19,586 bases of DNA from Candidatus Hermodarchaeota archaeon (lineage in GTDB: Archaea > Asgardarchaeota > Lokiarchaeia > Sigyniarchaeales > SOKP01). Below, piece after piece: positions 16,608 to 19,586 of the stretch. The position numbers were made by a program, and so were the translations under genes. The stretch is from NCBI GenBank assembly GCA_048885535.1, contig JBHLLO010000027.1, forward strand, positions 1 through 19,586, in the 5' to 3' direction. The stretch's first letter is position 1; every line of letters begins with the position of its first letter. Below the pieces are notes generated by a model. The model ran no database searches. It had not been told where the DNA came from and saw only the letters and a program-made list of their open reading frames with translations.

Positions 16608-16747
16608 CTTGTTGTTAAAAACATGTAAACTTAAATATTAAGAATATGCTCAAAAAACTAAGAAAAAATTAATTCCATTAATTTGGTAAAAATATCAAAT
16701 TTAGATACATAGATTTAAATAGCCTCGATTGGATTATATAAATTGGT

Positions 16748-17254
16748 TTGAAGTTAGATGTAATATCTCGAAAGTACGGTTGGTATTTAGCTAAAGTAAC
16801 TGCTAGTATTGAGAGTTTCAAGAATATAGTAGCAACCAGTCTAGAAACTATTAAAAAATACAATCTGCAACCCGGCAGATATATCAAAATAAGCAGTTTA
16901 ATTCAAACTAATTCTGATCAACGATTTGAGAATAAATTTATCTTATTACCATATTTTAAAGAACTTATTAGAAATTATCTGTTATTACATGATGTGATTA
17001 AATCACTTACTAATACCACCTTTCGCTATGTTGATAAGGAATATATAACTGAGATAATCAAATTAATGAGTAAGTTCTATCAATCAAAGAACGATATTAG
17101 AACTTTAAAAGTAAGTGAGTTACTCGAATTTGATGACAAACATGAATTTCAAATGAAAATCGCAGTGCCTGAATCTTGGCTAAATGATAACAATGTTGAT
17201 TTAGGAGAGATTGTTCTATTAAGAAATAATATACCCTCTCCAGTTATTTTTTGA
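16748..17254 (+). CDS. Hypothetical protein (possible split double-psi beta-barrel; start uncertain)
   Basis: 168-codon ORF in AT-rich DNA that fills the gap between co-oriented genes, with a TTG start. Confidence 0.65.
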   Translation: MKLDVISRKYGWYLAKVTASIESFKNIVATSLETIKKYNLQPGRYIKISSLIQTNSDQRFENKFILLPYFKELIRNYLLLHDVIKSLTNTTFRYVDKEYITEIIKLMSKFYQSKNDIRTLKVSELLEFDDKHEFQMKIAVPESWLNDNNVDLGEIVLLRNNIPSPVIF

Positions 17255-17396
17255 GTTATTTTTGCATCAAGAATAACTTAGAACATTCTTTTAATTAAAA
17301 ATGTCATTCAGCATATTTATCTAAATAATATTAAGTTTTTTATTCAAGTGCCAAATGTCTTAAATAATTGGATAATATACACTTCAAAATTCATCA

Positions 17397-18251
17397 ATGC
17401 AGTTTTTATTAGCAATTTCTTACTTTGATAGGAAAATGGGGCCCTCTGTTTTCTATTCCTATCCAGAGCATAAATTGAAAAAAGAAAATGCTTCAATAAT
17501 CGCCAATTTAATGGATCAAATTATCTCAGAAGGCTTTTTTACTCATTCGTTCAATTCATCTTATACTGTAAATTATTATTTTGAACTTGATTCACATTGG
17601 GCCAGAGGGAAAAAAGAGTTCCTAATGATTTCAATAATATTTAATCAACCAATCTCCATTGAAACTGAAAAGGCTTTATTTACACTTTGCATTGAGTTTA
17701 TAGAATGGTTAAAAGCAAAAAGTGACATTTTTACTGCTTTTTATAGAAGCACTGAATTAGATGATCAGAATTTTCATGATAATATCGATCAAAATTTCAA
17801 TCTAGTTAAAGCTTGGCTTCAAGAATTTTATTTAGCAGTAGTAGATGAGATTCAAAATAGTTTAAAAGAATATAATATCTCTTCATTATTAGAAAAGAAA
17901 GAAGTTTTAGAAACTCTCAAAGTATTATCTGAGAACCCTATACCAATAAGAGAATTAAGAAAGTGGTATAACGAGAGCTTTCCTCATAATAGTTTTACCC
18001 ATTTAATTACAACTTTATTTAAATGTCATATTGTGTATATTCCAAAAATTGGAGGAAGAAAGGAAGCTCCTTTTAATGTGCATTTGGTGAAAGAGTTTAT
18101 CACGATAACCAACTTAGTTTCTTTAAAAAATAATCTCATTAAAAAATTCATTAAGAGACATTTTGCTAAAGCTATACAAGATTTAGAAAAAAACGCAAGA
18201 GATTTCCACAAATTTTTAGAGAAGGTTTTTGCTGAAAAGCAGGTGATATAG
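17397..18251 (+). CDS. Longin/uDENN-like domain protein with a possible C-terminal winged helix
   Basis: N-terminal LAISYFDRKMGPSVFYSYPE matches the F-D/H-xxx-GP-xxxxxx-P signature of uDENN/NPRL2-type longin domains. The ARGKKEFLMISI strand follows. Confidence 0.65.
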   Translation: MQFLLAISYFDRKMGPSVFYSYPEHKLKKENASIIANLMDQIISEGFFTHSFNSSYTVNYYFELDSHWARGKKEFLMISIIFNQPISIETEKALFTLCIEFIEWLKAKSDIFTAFYRSTELDDQNFHDNIDQNFNLVKAWLQEFYLAVVDEIQNSLKEYNISSLLEKKEVLETLKVLSENPIPIRELRKWYNESFPHNSFTHLITTLFKCHIVYIPKIGGRKEAPFNVHLVKEFITITNLVSLKNNLIKKFIKRHFAKAIQDLEKNARDFHKFLEKVFAEKQVI

Positions 18252-18294
18252 GAATAGAGTGTTTGAAATAATCAAAATAACACTACTTAAATGC

Positions 18295-19443
18295 TTAATA
18301 AAAGGGATTATGATATCTTTTGGGATCTTTTTTCTCTAAGCTTTTTTGAATGATTTCCTTATTAATTAAACCTTCAATATGACATAAATATTCATATTCA
18401 TCTGCTAAACATAATGTAATAGCAGTTCCGCGTTTATTCATACGTGAAGTTCTACCGATTCGATGAATATATACATCAGGATATTTTGGAACATCATAAT
18501 TGATTATATGGGTTATATTCTCAATATCTAATCCTCTAGCAGCTACATCTGTGGCAATTAACATATTAATTTTGTGCTCTTTAAAAGCTTTTAAAATTTT
18601 TTCACGATTGTGTTGCGTTAATCTCCCAGAAATCATATCTACTCTATACTTGAAACTTTTCTGTGACTTTAACCTGTTTACTAACCATGAGGCTGTTTTT
18701 TTAGTATTAACAAATACTAATGTATGTTTTGGCTTTTCAATTTTTAATATCTTTAAAAAAGTATTAAACTTCTCTTCAAATCGATTTATCAAATAATAAA
18801 ATTGGTGAGTATTACCAACAGTTAAATCGTCCTTACTTAAATTTATGAATTTGAATTCATTTTGAGAATACTTTTTAACCAATTTTCTTATTTGCGAGTA
18901 AAGAGTAGCAGAAAATAGCATGAATTGATACTTACTTCTGATTTTGCTTAGAATATAATTAACATCTGGAGCAAATCCCATATCAAATAATCGATCAGCC
19001 TCATCAATTACTACAAACTTTATATTATTGAAATTTAACTTTTTTCTTTTGTATATATCTATAAGCCTTCCCGGTGTTCCACAGATAAAATTAACTCCTC
19101 TTTCTAGATCTTCGATTTGGCGATCTATTGATACACCTCCATAAATTGTTGTGGATTTGATAGTATGATTTCCTAATTCTTTTAGTACTTGATCTACCTG
19201 TTTTGCTAGTTCTCTGGTGGGTTCTAGAATTAAAACTTCGTTATGTTTATTACTCAACTTTTCAATAATAGGAAGTAAAAAAGCCAATGTTTTGCCGCTT
19301 CCAGTTTTAGCTTGAACCATGATATGGTGACCCTCCATTATTAGAGGAATAGCCACTTTTTGTACTGGAGTTGGTCTACTTATATCTATTTTTCTTAAGG
19401 CATTAGTTAAAAACTCACTAATACCCAATTCTTTGAAACTCAA
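18295..19443 (-). CDS. DEAD-box RNA helicase (minimal core)
   Basis: Q motif F..LG...PTPVQ, then AKTGSGKT, PTRELA, TPGR, DEAD, SAT, ARGLD and HRIGRTSR. TTG start. Confidence 0.96.
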   Translation of the reverse strand: MSFKELGISEFLTNALRKIDISRPTPVQKVAIPLIMEGHHIMVQAKTGSGKTLAFLLPIIEKLSNKHNEVLILEPTRELAKQVDQVLKELGNHTIKSTTIYGGVSIDRQIEDLERGVNFICGTPGRLIDIYKRKKLNFNNIKFVVIDEADRLFDMGFAPDVNYILSKIRSKYQFMLFSATLYSQIRKLVKKYSQNEFKFINLSKDDLTVGNTHQFYYLINRFEEKFNTFLKILKIEKPKHTLVFVNTKKTASWLVNRLKSQKSFKYRVDMISGRLTQHNREKILKAFKEHKINMLIATDVAARGLDIENITHIINYDVPKYPDVYIHRIGRTSRMNKRGTAITLCLADEYEYLCHIEGLINKEIIQKSLEKKDPKRYHNPFY

Positions 19444-19586
19444 TTTTAATTATACCTTAATAATCTTCTTTTTTCTCTCTCGTCAAATATCAAAATGTGT
19501 AATAAAAGAAAAACCTTTGTAATTTAATAAATTACATTTATGGAATAGTATCGATTTTTATAAATCCCTTTTTTATATTATTTTTT

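Noticed and set aside
5260-18796. Short track ORFs antisense to real genes (5260, 6738, 6963, 7935, 8962, 9855, 11552, 12821, 14245, 15581, 16319, 16678, 18026, 18500)
   Set aside because: Each overlaps a longer, better-supported CDS on the opposite strand and has no recognisable motif.
1-19586. CRISPR arrays, tRNA or rRNA genes, IS elements
   Set aside because: No spaced repeats, cloverleaf or GC-rich structural RNA segments, or transposase-like ORFs were seen by eye.

Overview
AT-rich (about 30% GC by eye) prokaryotic chromosomal window, most consistent with an Asgard archaeon of Lokiarchaeia type. This is an inference from an MglA-like GTPase, a longin/uDENN-like protein, an IFT52/GIFT-like protein, a pyruvoyl arginine decarboxylase, DHS, CofE and a bacterial-type gyrase occurring together. 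Gene order: gatA (runs off the left edge, missed by the ORF track), asnS, pdaD, two tandem deoxyhypusine synthase-family genes, cofE-like, folP, gyrB-gyrA, cupin, GIFT-like plus ribbon-helix-helix fusion, metallophosphoesterase, Zn-ribbon/CFI-box-CTERM protein, MglA-like GTPase, Fe-S protein, a hypothetical, a longin-like protein and a DEAD-box helicase. The standout is the GTPase gene. Its P-loop has no in-frame start codon and is separated from a short upstream GTG-initiated frame by a 29-nt, stop-containing, frame-breaking hairpin insert. The insert's junctions fold into a bulge-helix-bulge/loop motif, and tRNA-endonuclease-style excision would restore a complete 204-aa GTPase. It is a candidate mRNA intron in an Asgard protein-coding gene. 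No rRNA, tRNA, CRISPR or transposase was seen.
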